DNA of 64,000 nt, from assembly GCF_006345805.1 (NCBI RefSeq), contig NC_043005.1, positions 29,636,001 to 29,700,000 on the forward strand, given 5' to 3'. The DNA comes from Octopus sinensis (taxonomy: Eukaryota). Below the pieces are notes generated by a model. That model did not search any database. It was not told the DNA's origin and worked only from the letters and a program-made list of their open reading frames with translations. This document shows positions 25,251 through 38,567 of this stretch, piece by piece (positions within the stretch are counted from its first letter, which is position 1; each line of letters starts with the position of its first letter). Both the position numbers and the translations under genes were made by a program.

Positions 25251-27900
25251 ACTTTGATACTTTGATACTTTGATACTTTGATAGGTTTCGGCCATTATTG
25301 GCCCAGGCCATGTCTAACTTAATAGCACCACCTGGTGAAGTCTTTCAAGTCAGAATTTGGGCACTATGGCTCACTCAAGTAGAGAGTTATTGTTTACAGA
25401 GACATATCCGGGTGTAGGGGGTTTATCCGGGATTTCTTGAAGGAATCTGTCCAAAGACTTCTTGAACCCTATAGGGTCAGTTTCTGTTTTAATGTGTTTT
25501 GGTGTAATGTTAAAGAGAGCGGGGCCAATTGAGGTGAAATAATTGTGCCGTATTGTTGTTATGAGATGAGAGTGCGATTTTTGTTTTGGGCGGATGACAT
25601 GGGGCCCAAGCCTTGGATGTACCTTAAAGGTGATGCTAACATCATTTGGGCAATGCTGATGGAATATTTTCCACGTCATGCAGATGATGTAGCGCTCACG
25701 ACGACGTTGGAGAGAATAGAGTTTTAGCTTTTCTAGTCGACCCCAATAGTCGAGGCCTGTCATGCCATCTATCTTTTTTGTGATTGCCCTTTGAGGTGCT
25801 TCAACTTTTATGATACCTTGTATTGTGTGGGGAGACCACAGTGGACAACAGTATTCAAGGTGGGGTCGGGCAAAAGTGGAGAAGAGAAGGATAATGGTGT
25901 GGATATCTCTCGACTGGAAAGTTCTGAGAATCCAGGAACACATTCTGCGGGCCATGTCAACTTTGGTGTTTATATGAGTGGCCCAGCTTATGTTGTTGTC
26001 CACAATTACTCCCAAGTCTCTGATGTTGTTGGACGCCGCGAGAGTTTTACCTGAAGGAAGGGAGTATGGGAGTTTCAGGGCATCCTCTTTTCCAAAGTGG
26101 ATTAGCTCAAATTTATCCTCGTTCAGCAGCATATTGTTTTTTTCTGCCCATTGGATAACAGCCAGTAGATCTGACTGAAGGCATGTCCGGTCACTCGCCT
26201 CATTTATGACCTTCTGTAGCTTGGAGTCATCTGCAAAGATTTTTATGTTGCTGTGCTTGATGATGTCATTAATGTCATTAATGTAAATGATGAAAGAAGT
26301 GGGCCCAGCACAGTGCCTTGCGGAACGCCACTACTGACTTTGGCTGGGCTTGATTTTACCCCTTCAACTACAACATGTTGAGATCTGTCTGTCAGGAAAC
26401 ACTTGATCCATTTCAGTAACTTTCCAGAGACACCAATGTTGGATAGTTTTTTCAATAGGATCTTGTGATCGACCCTGTCGAAGGCCTTACTGAAATCAAG
26501 GTAGATGACATCGGTGTTGGAGCCCTCTCCCAAAGCTCTCAAAATGTCCTCAAAGTGATGCAGGAGCTGCGTTAGGCAGTCCCTTCCATTACGGAACCCA
26601 TGTTGGTTGGAGATCAGCCGTCTGTTGCTTTCCAGAAATTGGGTTATTCGAGATCTCACCACCCTCTCAAATACCTTGATGAAATGAGAGATGAGTGAGA
26701 TCGGACGGTAATTCAGTGCAAGGGACTTGTTTCCCTTTTTGAAAACTGGGACAACAGACTGGGACAGAAGGTTTTTTGGAATATAGCCAGCATCCAGTGA
26801 GTTTCTCCACAGATTAGCAAGGGGAGATGCAAGTTGGTGTCGACACACCTTCAGGACACAAGCAGGGAACCTATCGGGGCCTACTGCTGAATTGTGTTTT
26901 ATTTCGTTTATCGCCGCTAAGACATCAGGGGCACTAAACGTTATGTCCGATATAGTGTGTTGGGGGTTGACATCACTGATACAGCCCAGATCGGCCATAT
27001 CAGGATTGCTGAAAACAGAGCAGTATTGTTTCTGCAGTATCTCGGCCATGGATTTGGCATTATCTTGGAGAGTGCCAGTTTCGTCAATTAGAGGGCCTAC
27101 AGTGGAGACAGTGACCCTGCGTTTCCTCGCAAATGAAAAGAACACTTTGGGGTTGAGTTTCATTTTTTCAATGGCCCACTTCTCCTCAGCTGATCTTTGG
27201 TTATTGATGAGGGTCTTCATGCATTGTTGGAGGTTATATTTTTTGGATTCAAGCAGTGCGATAGCCGTCGAATGTGTGTGTTGCTGTTGGCAGTACTTTA
27301 GTTTGTTAATTTTTTTGTTTGTTTATTTTATTTTTCTGATAATGGTTTTTCTGTTTTGGGGGATTCTTCACTTTTTGTTCACAGGTCTTGGTGGGGAGTG
27401 TTTTGCACAAATGTCTGTGACGGTGTCTACAAAGATCTGCCAAGATGTTTTATGGTTGGTGGAGATGTGTGTATGTGTAAAGGACCAGTCAACATGTGAT
27501 AGCTCGTTCCTGATTGCATCCCAGTTGGCATTATGGAAATCCATGTTGTCAAATGGGTGGGCTGGAGGAAGGCCACTAGGATTAGCTTTCGGCTGGTGGA
27601 ATTTCATGTTACAGAGAACCATGTCATGGTCTGAAAGAAGGGTTTTTTCCACTGTAACGTTATGTATAGTGTTAGTGTGGTTACTAAACACTAGGTCCAA
27701 AATGTTCTGATGTCTTGTTGGTGCAAGGACAAGTTGGGACAAGAAAAACTCATTCGTAAAGTCGAAAAGTGACTCTGCTGCTTCTTTGTCAGCGGTTGAG
27801 GCGGGAGTGCTTGGTTTCAAACAGTTTGTAGTCCAGTTAACACAGGGTAGATTGAAGTCTCCCATCATGAGTATGTTGCTAGAATGGCACTGTTGAATAT
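25251..27900 (-). mobile_element. CR1-clade LINE, 5'-truncated, near-intact ORF2 (APE endonuclease C-terminal half plus RT)
   Basis: MGDFNLP..LDLVFSN..SDH (EN); YRPISL, NQHGFR, YLDFSKAFDRVDH, GVPQGTVLGP, IFADDSK (RT). Two in-frame stops near 27320-27370 and one 1-bp frameshift at about 26295. The 3' end has a GGCCA-ATAA-TGGCC hairpin and (ATCAAAGT)x4. Confidence 0.95.
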
Positions 27901-27909
27901 TCTTATATA

Positions 27910-28315
27910 TAAGAATTTTTTTTCGTAATACGATAAAAAAGCAAGGCTGTATAGATATTAGAGCATTTATAGATAGAAGGTCTTACAGCTGTTTCTAGGA
28001 TATTAATTAATAATAATATCCCTTCATCGGAGACGGTGTGAGAGGAAAAATTAAGTCATAGTTAGTTTCGATGTGATACAAATAGAGAGTGAGGTGGAGG
28101 AAAGAAAATTGATGTAAGATATGTATGGTTATTGAGTTCATAAATCCGTTTTATATGCATAATGGTATCGAAACTAAATATGACTTAATTTTTCCTGTCA
28201 TACCGTCTCCGATGAAGGGATATTATTAATTAATATCCTAGAAACCTTCTATCTATAAATGCTCTAATATCTATACAGCTTTGGTTTTTTATCTTATTAC
28301 ACAAAATAATTCTCA
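27910..28315. repeat. Long inverted repeat (~165 bp arms, ~100 bp spacer), PLE pseudo-LTR-like
   Basis: gctgtatagatattagagcatttatagatagaagg...tcccttcatcggagacgg...ttaagtcata.ttagtttcgat is mirrored. Confidence 0.85.
27980..28034 (-). ncRNA. Putative minimal type I hammerhead ribozyme (variant core)
   Basis: GUCU-CCGAUGA-A-GGGAUAUU..AAUAUCCU-A-GAA-ACAGCUGU-A-AGAC: stems I and II, palindromic stem III, GUA triplet; U4C deviation. Confidence 0.5.
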
Positions 28316-28472
28316 TATACACATGCTGACATAGAACCAACATTGAACCCTTTATTCGGAATATTACCGAATCTGGAACTTAACTATGGTCTGTCTATAG
28401 CACTTATTCAGCATTACCTGACACCTTGGGTCTCATTGACACCATTATCTTTTATAACCTCCACTTCTCGCT

Positions 28473-28572
<100 letters not shown>

Positions 28573-28583
28573 TATATGTATAT

Positions 28584-29864
28584 ATTGGGTTGTCCAGAGA
28601 GTTTGTGCTGATTTTTAAAAGAAAGAAAAAGGTTAATAAATACTTGCCATTGCATTTTTCATCAACCAAATATGAACCATTTTGTTGCACAATGCATCTC
28701 CATCTTTCCTTTAACTTGAAAATACCCTCTTCCCAGAATAAGGTGGTTTCATGGCAAAGAATTCATCAAGGTATCTTTTTATGTCATCCAAGGAATTGAA
28801 ATTTTTACTATTAAGACTATTCTATAGAGACCTGAATAAGTGGAAATTCGAAGGAGCAATATCTGGTGAATATGGAGGGTGGGGTAACACATCCCAGCCA
28901 AGCTGCAGCAATTTTTGTTTGGTTCCCAAAGAAACACGCAGTCTTGCATTATCATGTTGGAAAACAACACCCTTCCTGTTGGCCAATTCTGGACGTTTCT
29001 CTTGAATTGCTGCTTTTAACTCGTCCAGTTGTGTGCAGTATTTCTCAGAATTAATTGTTTGGTTACTTGGGAGGAGCTCATAATACAGAATTCCTTTCCA
29101 ATCCCACTAGACACAAAGCAAGACTTTTTAAGACCTGCTTTTAGGGTGGCTAAGGGTGGCTCATGTCGCTTACCTCAGGATCGCTTTCTCTGAAACTTTC
29201 GGTAGATAACCCATTTCTCATCACCTGCTTTAATTTGCTTTAAAAAAGGCATGTTTTCATTCCATTTATAAAGCAAATCAGATGGAAATGCGATCCAAAA
29301 GGTTGTCACTCAACTCATGTAGTACTCAAACATTGTAGCGATTTGTGTACCCAAGCTTTACCAGATGCTCATGAATGATGGATTTCGATAGGTTGAGGCT
29401 TTCTGCAAATTCTCAGGTTGTGCAATGTGGGTTATTCTAAATTAATGACTTGATTTGGTCATCATCTGCAGTGGATGGTCTGCCTGATCACTCTTTATTA
29501 ATAAGGCTACAATCTCTAGCTCGGACCCTTGCAAACCACTTCTGTACAGTTCTTTCAGATAAAGAAACATCAACGTAAACTGCGCATATTTCTTTGGTTG
29601 CTTTTGAGGCATTTTTCCCTTTACAGAAAAAGAAAAGCATCAAGTACTGAAAATGAACTTTCTTATCTTCCATTTTAAAGGGTTACAGAATTACCACAGG
29701 TTATAGGAACATAAACCTTCTTGCACAAAAAGATAGCTTAAACTGTACTCTAAATGGCAGTGTAGTCAAATCCTATTTTATGGACTCAACCATGTTCTAA
29801 AATAAGTCAAAAGGTAAGCTACTATAAATCAGCATGAACTTACGAACTTTCCGGACAACCCAAT
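28584..29864 (-). mobile_element. Full-length (~1.28 kb) degenerate mariner element
   Basis: TIRs ttgggttgtcc.ga.agtt; N-terminal HTH KGKNASKATKEICAVY..LSERTVQKWFAR; QHDNAR..QLGWDVLPHPPYSPDIAPSNFHLF; many stops and frameshifts. Confidence 0.92.
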
Positions 29865-29877
29865 CACGGTGATCACG

Positions 29878-29912
<35 letters not shown>

Positions 29913-31735
29913 TGTTGTGAATTTATAGAAAGAAATCCCACAAAACTCAATAATTTTGTGAAAAATGAACCATTATAGTCTTTAGTTATTGTTAATATCT
30001 GACTGGACTCACATGTCTCTTTTTCTCATAAGGATAAATATGAATCTCCTAGATTCTATTCTGCTATTTCCTTTCTCAAGTCCTTTGAAGAAATTTTGGT
30101 TATACTTCTTGCATTGAAGAGTACATTAATATATAATAAATTTAATTAATCTAGTTTAATTCAATTCAACTATGAATTTGCATGATTTTTACATCTCTGC
30201 ACGAAATGATCATCTGCATGAATTAAAATTCTCTTATATATTTTAGCATCTTCCCTTCTCCATTTTTAACTAAATTGTTGAGTTTTATGGGATTTCTTTC
30301 CATAAATTCACAACACATCATATACAAGTATTATTTTCATATTTGCAAATTTACCAGCAAATTTCACACCTATATATATATATATACATATGCATATTTA
30401 CACACACATGACTGCAGTTGCATGGCTGCAACTCATAAAAAACAAAAACAGGTAAACACACACCTCCACATGCAAACACACATGGATACATCATTATAAT
30501 CATCATCATCATCATCATCATTTCACCTGCTTTGCATACTGGCAAAGGTCGGATGAATTGTGACTACTTGGCATTAGTTTTTCTTCATAGATGCTGCTCT
30601 CCTTTCCTGGATGGGTCAGAGCACCACATTTTGTGCAGACTTTATGGTTTTAGTTTGATCTCTATGGCTGGATGTCCTTCCTAACACCAACCCCTTTACA
30701 GAGTATACTGGGTGGATTGTATCAAAGATTAAAGAAGCCTCTTATCCCTATGTTACCTCCATCCTCTCAAGGCAAACATGTCCAAAAGAGTAAATAAAGG
30801 GAAGAAAGAGAGAGAGAGAGAGAGAAACAAAGATAAGTAAGTGAAAGAATAGGAAGTAGAAATGTTCACCAGGAGGGAGAAGCAGTATAATAAAAGTGAA
30901 GGATACCAAAGAGGTGGGGGATTAGTGGAAGATGTTGAAAGCTATATGTTGGTTATTGGTAAGGAGGTTGGATAAGAAACGTAACATATTCAGTATTATG
31001 GGATAACAGCAGAGATGGATCAGGTTGAGAGAGAGAGAGTATGTGATAGAAAGCAGTAGAGATGGTTGATGGCATATATCAATCTTCATCATTTTCTTTG
31101 TTTTAATATTCAGTTTTCCATGTTTGTATGGCTCGCATGGAACTCTATGAGGATGCTTTTCTACAACTGGATGTTCTTCATTTCATCGACCCTCATCAGT
31201 TTTCAGCTAAGATAAGATGTCCTTTAGTTCTTCAGACGAGAAAAGCACAACAATGTTGTTGCATCACCGCCACAAACACCAACACTACCACCACCACCAC
31301 CAACAACAGTTAACAACTGCAATATCAATAACAACAATTACAGTAATATCACCATCAATACTAACTGCAACATCAACAATGACAACAACAGCAATGTCAA
31401 CAATAACAACAGCAACAACAACGTTATTTAGAGACTCATCTAATCTGGCCAATTTTGCAATCAGTTGCAGGTGAGGGTTGATGTCTGTAAATCTATCACA
31501 CTCATTCACCATATTGGAAAGTAAATATTTGCTTTAGAAAAAAGCATTTGAATGTTTATATTGTAACTGGGGAACAATCAGGGAATGTCAATTTGTGCAG
31601 CTGGAACAATATCTTGTGTTGATTCTGCAAAGCAAACCAAATATTCTTCATCACTTGCAACATTGATTCACTGATAATATTTATACAATGCAAAACTGGA
31701 GATGATTGCTTACTTTTAATCTTGTCGCTTCACAT

Positions 31736-31857
31736 ATTCTTCTTCTTCTTCTTCTTCTTCTTCTTCTTCTTCTTCTTCTTCTTCTTCTTCTTCTTCTTCT
31801 TCTTCTTCTTCTTCTTCTTCTTCTTCTTCTTCTTCTTCTTCTTCTTCTTCTTCTTCT
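31736..31857. repeat. Pure (TTC)n, ~40 units
   Basis: Directly visible. Confidence 0.97.
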
Positions 31858-32209
31858 CCTCACCCCTCTTTTTCTTCTACCATTAGAAATACCTTTAGTC
31901 TCAGCAGGTGTTTGCCATTACAGGGAATTAATATGTAAACAATATTTATCCACCTGCCCCACTTGTTCTTGAAATTAAGAGAGCAGAAATGTGTTTTTAC
32001 ACAATAGGAATAAGCTTACATGTTTCCAGAAATCAAATCAAATCCAAATATCTTTTTGCTATTTAATGAAAATGAAAAAAAAAACCTGCCAGAATCTGAT
32101 GGAATCTGCTACAATATGTTGGCATCTGCTACAGTACCGCCATTTAATATTGAATTTCGTTTGTAAAAAAGGAATATACTGTGGCAGATTTAACAGTTTT
32201 GCATTGGTA

Positions 32210-33000
32210 GTATTGAGTGGAGTGTTGTACTTTTATTGAGTGGAATGTTGCACTCTTGAGGAGAGGCATGCAGTGTTCTTGCTTTGAGTGTGGTACTGTT
32301 TGTGATGCATTGTACTGCTGTGTAGTGCATGTTGAGTGGAGTATGTAGTGCTGAGTGGAGTATGTAGTGTTGAGTGGAGTATGTGGTGTTGAGTGGAGTA
32401 TTACACAGTTAAGTATTATTATATATATCATACTTGTGTGGTACTGCTGCTGAATGGTATCATCATCATCATTTAACATCTGCTTCCCTTGCTGGCATGA
32501 GTTGGACGATTTGAATGGGGACTGGCAAGCCAGAAGGCTGTACCAGGCTCCAATCTGATCTGGCAATGTTTCTACAGCTGGATCCCCTTCCTAATGCCAA
32601 CCACTTCAAGAGTGCAGTGGGTGCTTTTTACATCCCACTAACACAGGGGTCAGTTAGGTAGCCCTGGCATTGATCACGTTCAAATAGTGCTTTTTACATA
32701 CCACTGGCACAGGAGCCAGCCAGTGGATCTGGCATTGGCCACATTCAGATGGTACTTTTTATGTGCCACCGGCATGGGTGCCAGTCAATGGAAACACGCA
32801 TCGACCACATTTGGATGCATATAAAATATTGGTGAGTGGAACACTAGTGTTATTCAGTGGAGTATCAAACTATTGTTGAATATTGTATTGCTATTAAATG
32901 TGGTACTATTGAGTGGAGCATTGTTGAGTAAAATATGGTATTGTTGAGTGAAAGGTGATTCTATTGAAGTATGATACTGTTGAGTGGAGTATGGCCTATG
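32210..33000. repeat. 19-bp minisatellite (gttgagtggagtatgtagt) with decayed flanking units, split by a family C insertion at 32455-32820
   Basis: Units at 32331, 32350, 32369 and 32388; ttgagtggag cores on both sides of the insertion. Confidence 0.7.
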
Positions 33001-33094
33001 TTACTGGTTTGGTGTGTAATCTTTAAGGGGTCTGTCTTTTATAACACAAGATTACTGCAAAATGCTGTTTGAATACTTGTATTGGATAATTGTA

Positions 33095-33480
33095 TTAAAG
33101 TTGTGGGGTTAAGAAATTCGCTTCCCAACCACATGGCTCCAGGTTCAGTCCCACTGCACAGTACCTTGGTCAAGTGCCTTCTACTAACACCTCGAGCCAA
33201 CCAAAGCCTTCTGAGTAGATTTGGTCAATGGAAACTGTATAGAAGCCTGTATGTGTGTGTATGTGTGTCTCCTTGTTTTGACAACAAGTGTCACTATCAT
33301 AAAAGTAGTATCCTTTATTTCCAACATTTTGTGAAAATATGTCCAGCTGTGGTGAAATATTTCAGGCAAGGTTTGGTGATAGGAGGGGCTTCTGGCCATA
33401 GACAATCTGCTTCAACAGATTCTGTTCGACCCATACAAGCATGAAAAAGTGAACATGAAAATGATGATGACGATGATGAT
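33095..33480 (+). mobile_element. Family B SINE with RTE-type tail (H)
   Basis: Head/core followed by ...catacaagcatgaaaaagtgaacatgaaaatgatgatg. Confidence 0.75.
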
Positions 33481-33669
33481 GATTTTAATAAATGGATATC
33501 TGTACTTGATAAATGTAAAAATAAAATGTTTGTACTGGATAATTAAAATGCATTGAATATGCATGAGACATCTGGTATGCGATGACAGAGATATGTCATT
33601 CACCAATAACTAATATTGGTTAAGGTGAAACTGATGTCTCTGATAGAAACAAGAGTAAATTTAGCTTTT

Positions 33670-33810
33670 GTCAAGTGACTTAACACTCCTATATCAATCA
33701 CTTCTTCAGAAATTTGGTGAAAACAGTGTCGTTACCTTCAATATTAGCAAAGCCCTGATGCATGAATCCAGTAACAAAACTGCACCCTTATGGGCCTCAT
33801 TTCAACCCAG
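33670..33810 (+). mobile_element. Highly decayed LINE RT remnant
   Basis: SLLQKFGENSVVTFNISKAL resembles the ..VALDISKAFD RT motif. Confidence 0.4.
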
Positions 33811-34344
33811 AAAGTTGATAGAAGAAAATCAAAGTATTTATAGCAACAAGGTTACAAAAGAGATGTAATCAAGTTAATTGATTCCCCTGTACATGACTGG
33901 TACTATGTAACCATGACTGGCAATAAAAATCTGAATCAGCACCAGTAAGATTTGAACCCAGAATGTAGTGGTGTGCCATTTCTCTCAATATCTTCCTTTC
34001 TTCCTCTTCCAATACAACAGCAACAACAACAGCAACATGTGTTTAATTTAAGTAGTTCTTTTCTAGAATTTTTCCTATTTGGTTCAGTTAAAGGCATTGG
34101 ATCAGTAAAAAACATCAGAATTGGACAGATTTCTGTTCTGCTGAATTTATTTCAATTGAAAATTGTTTGGAATTTACAAAGTAATAATTGGAATAATTAT
34201 TTGAAATCATTTCATTCAATGTCCTTGTTCAAATTTTAATTTCTAGTTTTAATAATCTTAATTTTTCTTTGTCTCTCCCCATATTGTTTCCTCCATTTAT
34301 TAATAATATTGATAACTACAACAACAACAACAACAACAGCAACA

Positions 34345-34570
34345 ACAAACAATCTTTTCTACTATAGGCACAAGGCCTGGAATTTTTGGTGAGGTGGCTT
34401 GTAGATTGCATCAGCCCCAGTTCTTGACTGGTGTTCTATTTTATCAACCCTGAAAGGATGAAAGGCAAAGTCAACCATGGCAGAATTTGAACTCAGAATG
34501 CCAAGAGGGACAAAACGTTGCTAATCAGTTTGTCCGGCATGCTAACAATTGTGCCAGCTCACTGCTCTTT
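34345..34570 (-). mobile_element. SINE family A
   Basis: ccctgaaaggatgaaaggcaaagtcaacc..gaatttgaactcagaa. Confidence 0.8.
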
Positions 34571-34584
34571 TAATGATGGTACTG

Positions 34585-34638
<54 letters not shown>

Positions 34639-34660
34639 TAATAATAATGATAATAATAAT

Positions 34661-35222
34661 AAATGCCCTGATGCAGTACCAGGCAGTGGTTCTCATGGCT
34701 TCTAATCTTAACTGATTGGAAGTGTTATCATGTACATTGTTTTGTCTTGGTATAAAAGATGGGCTACAGCAAATATTCTGCTCAATACCACAGATTTGCT
34801 TGTCAGTTGTTTGACCTTACTTAACCAGTTGAGCATGTCCCTTAGTGGTTGATGATATGTGCATCTCTGATCACGAGCAGAAGTAGTGGGGGAGTATCAT
34901 AGCCATGTGTTGAGAGGGATTCTTTGGGGTTTGAATAATTCATCTCTGGAAACATGGGTGTTTCGTTCAACATCCTTAAACAACCCTTACTCAGGGACCT
35001 TTTGAGCGGGATGGGTTACTCGACCAGAAGAAAATTCTAACTGGGTCCCACCTACAAGGTCATGTGCTGTTTATCTTGATATGAGATCATCATGTCACGC
35101 ACATATGGTTGTGATGCATGTGCCTGGTGTACCCTTATCAGACGGGTAGTCATGATGGGTATACTGGGCTTCGTATATTTTACCCCAGTGTCACTTTGAT
35201 GGCATGCACTGCTCTCTCACTC
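34661..35222. mobile_element. ~560 bp non-coding insert bounded by (AAT)n on both sides
   Basis: Sharp boundaries inside AAT runs at 34585-34660 and 35223-35275; no ORF recognised. Confidence 0.55.
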
Positions 35223-35256
<34 letters not shown>

Positions 35257-35339
35257 TAATGATAATAATAATAATACAATGACATACACAGTCATTCTTA
35301 ATACTTTCTGGCAGATTTGAAAATGAATATGCTAAATTG

Positions 35340-35371
<32 letters not shown>

Positions 35372-35889
35372 GTTGTTGTCGTCATTTAACATCCACCTTC
35401 CATGCTGGTATGGATTGGACGGTTTGATGGGAGCTGACCATATTATAATGATTCTGCTGTGCTTAACCAAATCTTATTCTATTGACCCTGAAAAGCTGAA
35501 GAACAAAGTTGACTCAGGTGGCATTTGAAGTTGGAACACAAAGAGCTGGAAGAAATACTTCAAGGCATTTCTTCTGACACTTGGACATTTCTAGCAGCTC
35601 ACTTGCCAAAAGAATGTAATTTTAGCAGAATACATTAATTACAGAATATCTGGAAATTAGGAAGAAGTAATTAATCACAGTGTGTCTGGTTGAACAGCTT
35701 TCACCCAAAAGTAATACAGCTATTGGCATAGGAAGGTTTTTAGACCCTGGAAATAATGAATTAACAATCAAGAAGATATATAAATGAATGACTTTTTTCT
35801 ATAAGGATTGTTGAGAATGGATAAAGCTGGTATGCTCTGGGATATACAAGTACATAGAGAGACAGCCAGGTCCAGGATAAATAGCCCAA

Positions 35890-36110
35890 TATTTTTTTCT
35901 ACTCTAGGCACAAGGCCTGAAATTTTGGGAGAAGGGACCAGTCGATTAGATTGACCCCAGTGTGAAACTGGTACTTAATTTATCGACCCCCAAAAGGATG
36001 AAAGGCAAAGTCAACCTTGGCGGAATTTGAACTCAGAACATAATGGTAGACAAAATACTGCTAAGCATTTCACCTGGCGTGCTAATGTTTCAGCCAGATT
36101 GCTGCCTTAT
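35890..36110 (-). mobile_element. SINE family A, full length
   Basis: Same motifs as 5886-6101. Confidence 0.85.
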
Positions 36111-36539
36111 AAAAAGCCCAATGTTGTTATCAAGAACTGGCAGGAAAGAAAATATCTTTTAATTGTTCTCTCAGTCCTGACAGATGATAATGAACAAATT
36201 ATGTGAACTGGAAGATCTGGAAATAGAGATAACCAGAATGTAGAAATCAGAAACTCTTCTTATAATAACAGGTGAACTCCACCCCGTCCCAAACAGCCAG
36301 ATAAATCATCATCACAAATATAGAAGGAAAAACGTAGGATTTGCAAACATATGCAACAGGCAGATAATAACACTTAGTTTCGCTTAGTCTCTGTATATTG
36401 CACTTAGACTTAATACGTTTAAGATTTATACATATACATACACTGTACGAATAATTGCACTACTGTGTACTGCACCCATACTGCACTCATTGCATGGAAT
36501 ATTGTTCTTGTGTAAAAAAAATAAAGGAAGAAAAACACA

Positions 36540-36821
36540 TGATGGTGGTGATGATGATGATGATAGTGATGGTGGTGGTGGTGAAATGTATGTGAGTGGC
36601 ATTGGTGTTTATGAATAGGTTGCAGCAGTTTACTAAAGATTGGAGGTTGAGGAAATAGCACAAAGCTCTTATTCATTCGATACAATCATCATCATCGTCG
36701 TCGTCGTCATCGTCATCATTGTGATTGTTTCCATTACCACCTCAACCACCACCACTGGCGCTACTGTAACCTTCATTATATCATCATCCTCATTGTCACC
36801 ATCTCAATCATTTTCACCACC

Positions 36822-36855
<34 letters not shown>

Positions 36856-37000
36856 TTATTTGTCATTATTATCATTCTCACCATCACAAGTAGCATCATT
36901 GTCACCACTGCTACTACCACTTCTACTACTGCTACAACCAACCGCCATCATCACCATCATTACCATCATCGCATCCATCACAACCCCACCGTTATTCGCA
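36540..37000. repeat. Mixed GAT/GGT/CAT/CAC trinucleotide low-complexity tract
   Basis: Directly visible. Confidence 0.9.
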
Positions 37001-37635
37001 AATTATGATATAAAATGAAAAAGAACAAAAAATAACAGATCCCCCCCCCCAAGGAAATTTGGTTCTAACCCCCACCCCACCCCACAAGCCTCATCTGACC
37101 CAACAGCAAGTAAACAAAGACCCCGGAAGGGATTTAGCTGGTGTCATAGATAATTATAAGGTAGAAAGTTGGAAAATTGACAGAACCATAAGAACATCAG
37201 AAAGAATACCTTTTGGTATTTCTTCCACATCCCTCCTATCTGAACTGAAATCCTTTTGAGGACAACTGCACTTTTCTTCCTTCTGAAATTGGTAAAATGA
37301 AGTACATGTCCAGAGTAGTGGATTGATGAAATTGCTGGGGTTATGAATGAGAGTGGGGATTAGATGAGATATCTTGGGGCACCTGAGTTCAAATACTACT
37401 TCCTGTTATCAGCTTCTTTATGTCAGGAGAGAACATTCTTTAGGATCCTGTTAGTGATAACATGGGTTCCAGTGTGAAATGGCAGCAATATGCTGGTCTG
37501 TCAGTATAAAAATCAACTGACCTCTCCCCACTCACACTAACACACATAGAAGTGGAATAAATATTAGGGCAGAAATTGACAGTTATAAAACACAAATTAA
37601 TTCAAAACTGGCCTATTAAACGATTCCTCACCCAT

Positions 37636-37677
37636 GAGCTACTACTACTACTACTGCTGCTGCTGCTACTACTACTA

Positions 37678-37723
<46 letters not shown>

Positions 37724-37761
37724 GTTACTACTGCTGCTGCTACTACTACTACTACTACTGT

Positions 37762-37804
<43 letters not shown>

Positions 37805-37830
37805 GTTGCTAATTCTACTACTACTAGTGA
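37636..37830. repeat. (CTA)n/(CTG)n microsatellite
   Basis: Directly visible. Confidence 0.95.
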
Positions 37831-38315
37831 GCTTTTATTACTGTTTTTAATTTAGGGAGAGAGTTAATTACATTTGTGTATTTAATGTTGCTTGAATTTT
37901 GGAAATTGACCACTATGGTGTGACCAAACATTGGGGTCATTGGGTAAAACACAGTATAAAGTATACTGTGCTGTACAATTGATGTTTATGTAATAAGCAA
38001 TGAGTAGAGAAAGATTTTCTGAGCTGTTGTCCAGGTTCATTTCTTGGTCATTGTTAATATTATTATCATCATTATTGTTTTAATGTCCAGCTTTCCATGC
38101 TTGCATGGTCAGTCAGAGTTTGTTGAGGCAGGTTTTCCTATGGTCGGATGTCCTTCCTGTTGCCAACACTCATCTGTTTCCAACTAAGGTGACACTTCCC
38201 ATGGACAGACATGTTTTCAGGAAGAATACTTGAAACAAATGACTGCGTTTGCTTGACAGTGATGCTTGTTTACAACTGTTGCACAATGTCAAGACAAGGA
38301 GGCACAAGTACGCAT

Positions 38316-38348
<33 letters not shown>

Positions 38349-38402
38349 ATGTGTATACACAATGAGCTTTGATTTTCCATCTACCAGATCTACTCCCAAG
38401 GA

Positions 38403-38567
38403 TTAATGTTAGCATGCCGGGTGAAATGCTTAGCGGTATTTCATCTGTCTTTACATTCTGAGTTCAAATTCCACCAAGGTCGACTTTGTCTTTCATCCTT
38501 TCGGAGTTTATAAATTAAGTACCAGATGTGTACTGGAGTTGATCTAATCGACAGGGTCCCCTCACTA
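38403..38567 (+). mobile_element. Tail-less family A SINE segment inserted in a family B SINE
   Basis: Near-identical to 41176-41340; B-SINE halves lie on either side. Confidence 0.75.

Noticed and set aside
26892-27710. 272-aa plus-strand ORF
   Set aside because: It is the antisense shadow of the CR1 ORF2, with no independent motif.
37200-37480. Possible minus-strand RT remnant (GVPQG-like region)
   Set aside because: It needs several frameshifts to read, so it is too weak to report as a feature.
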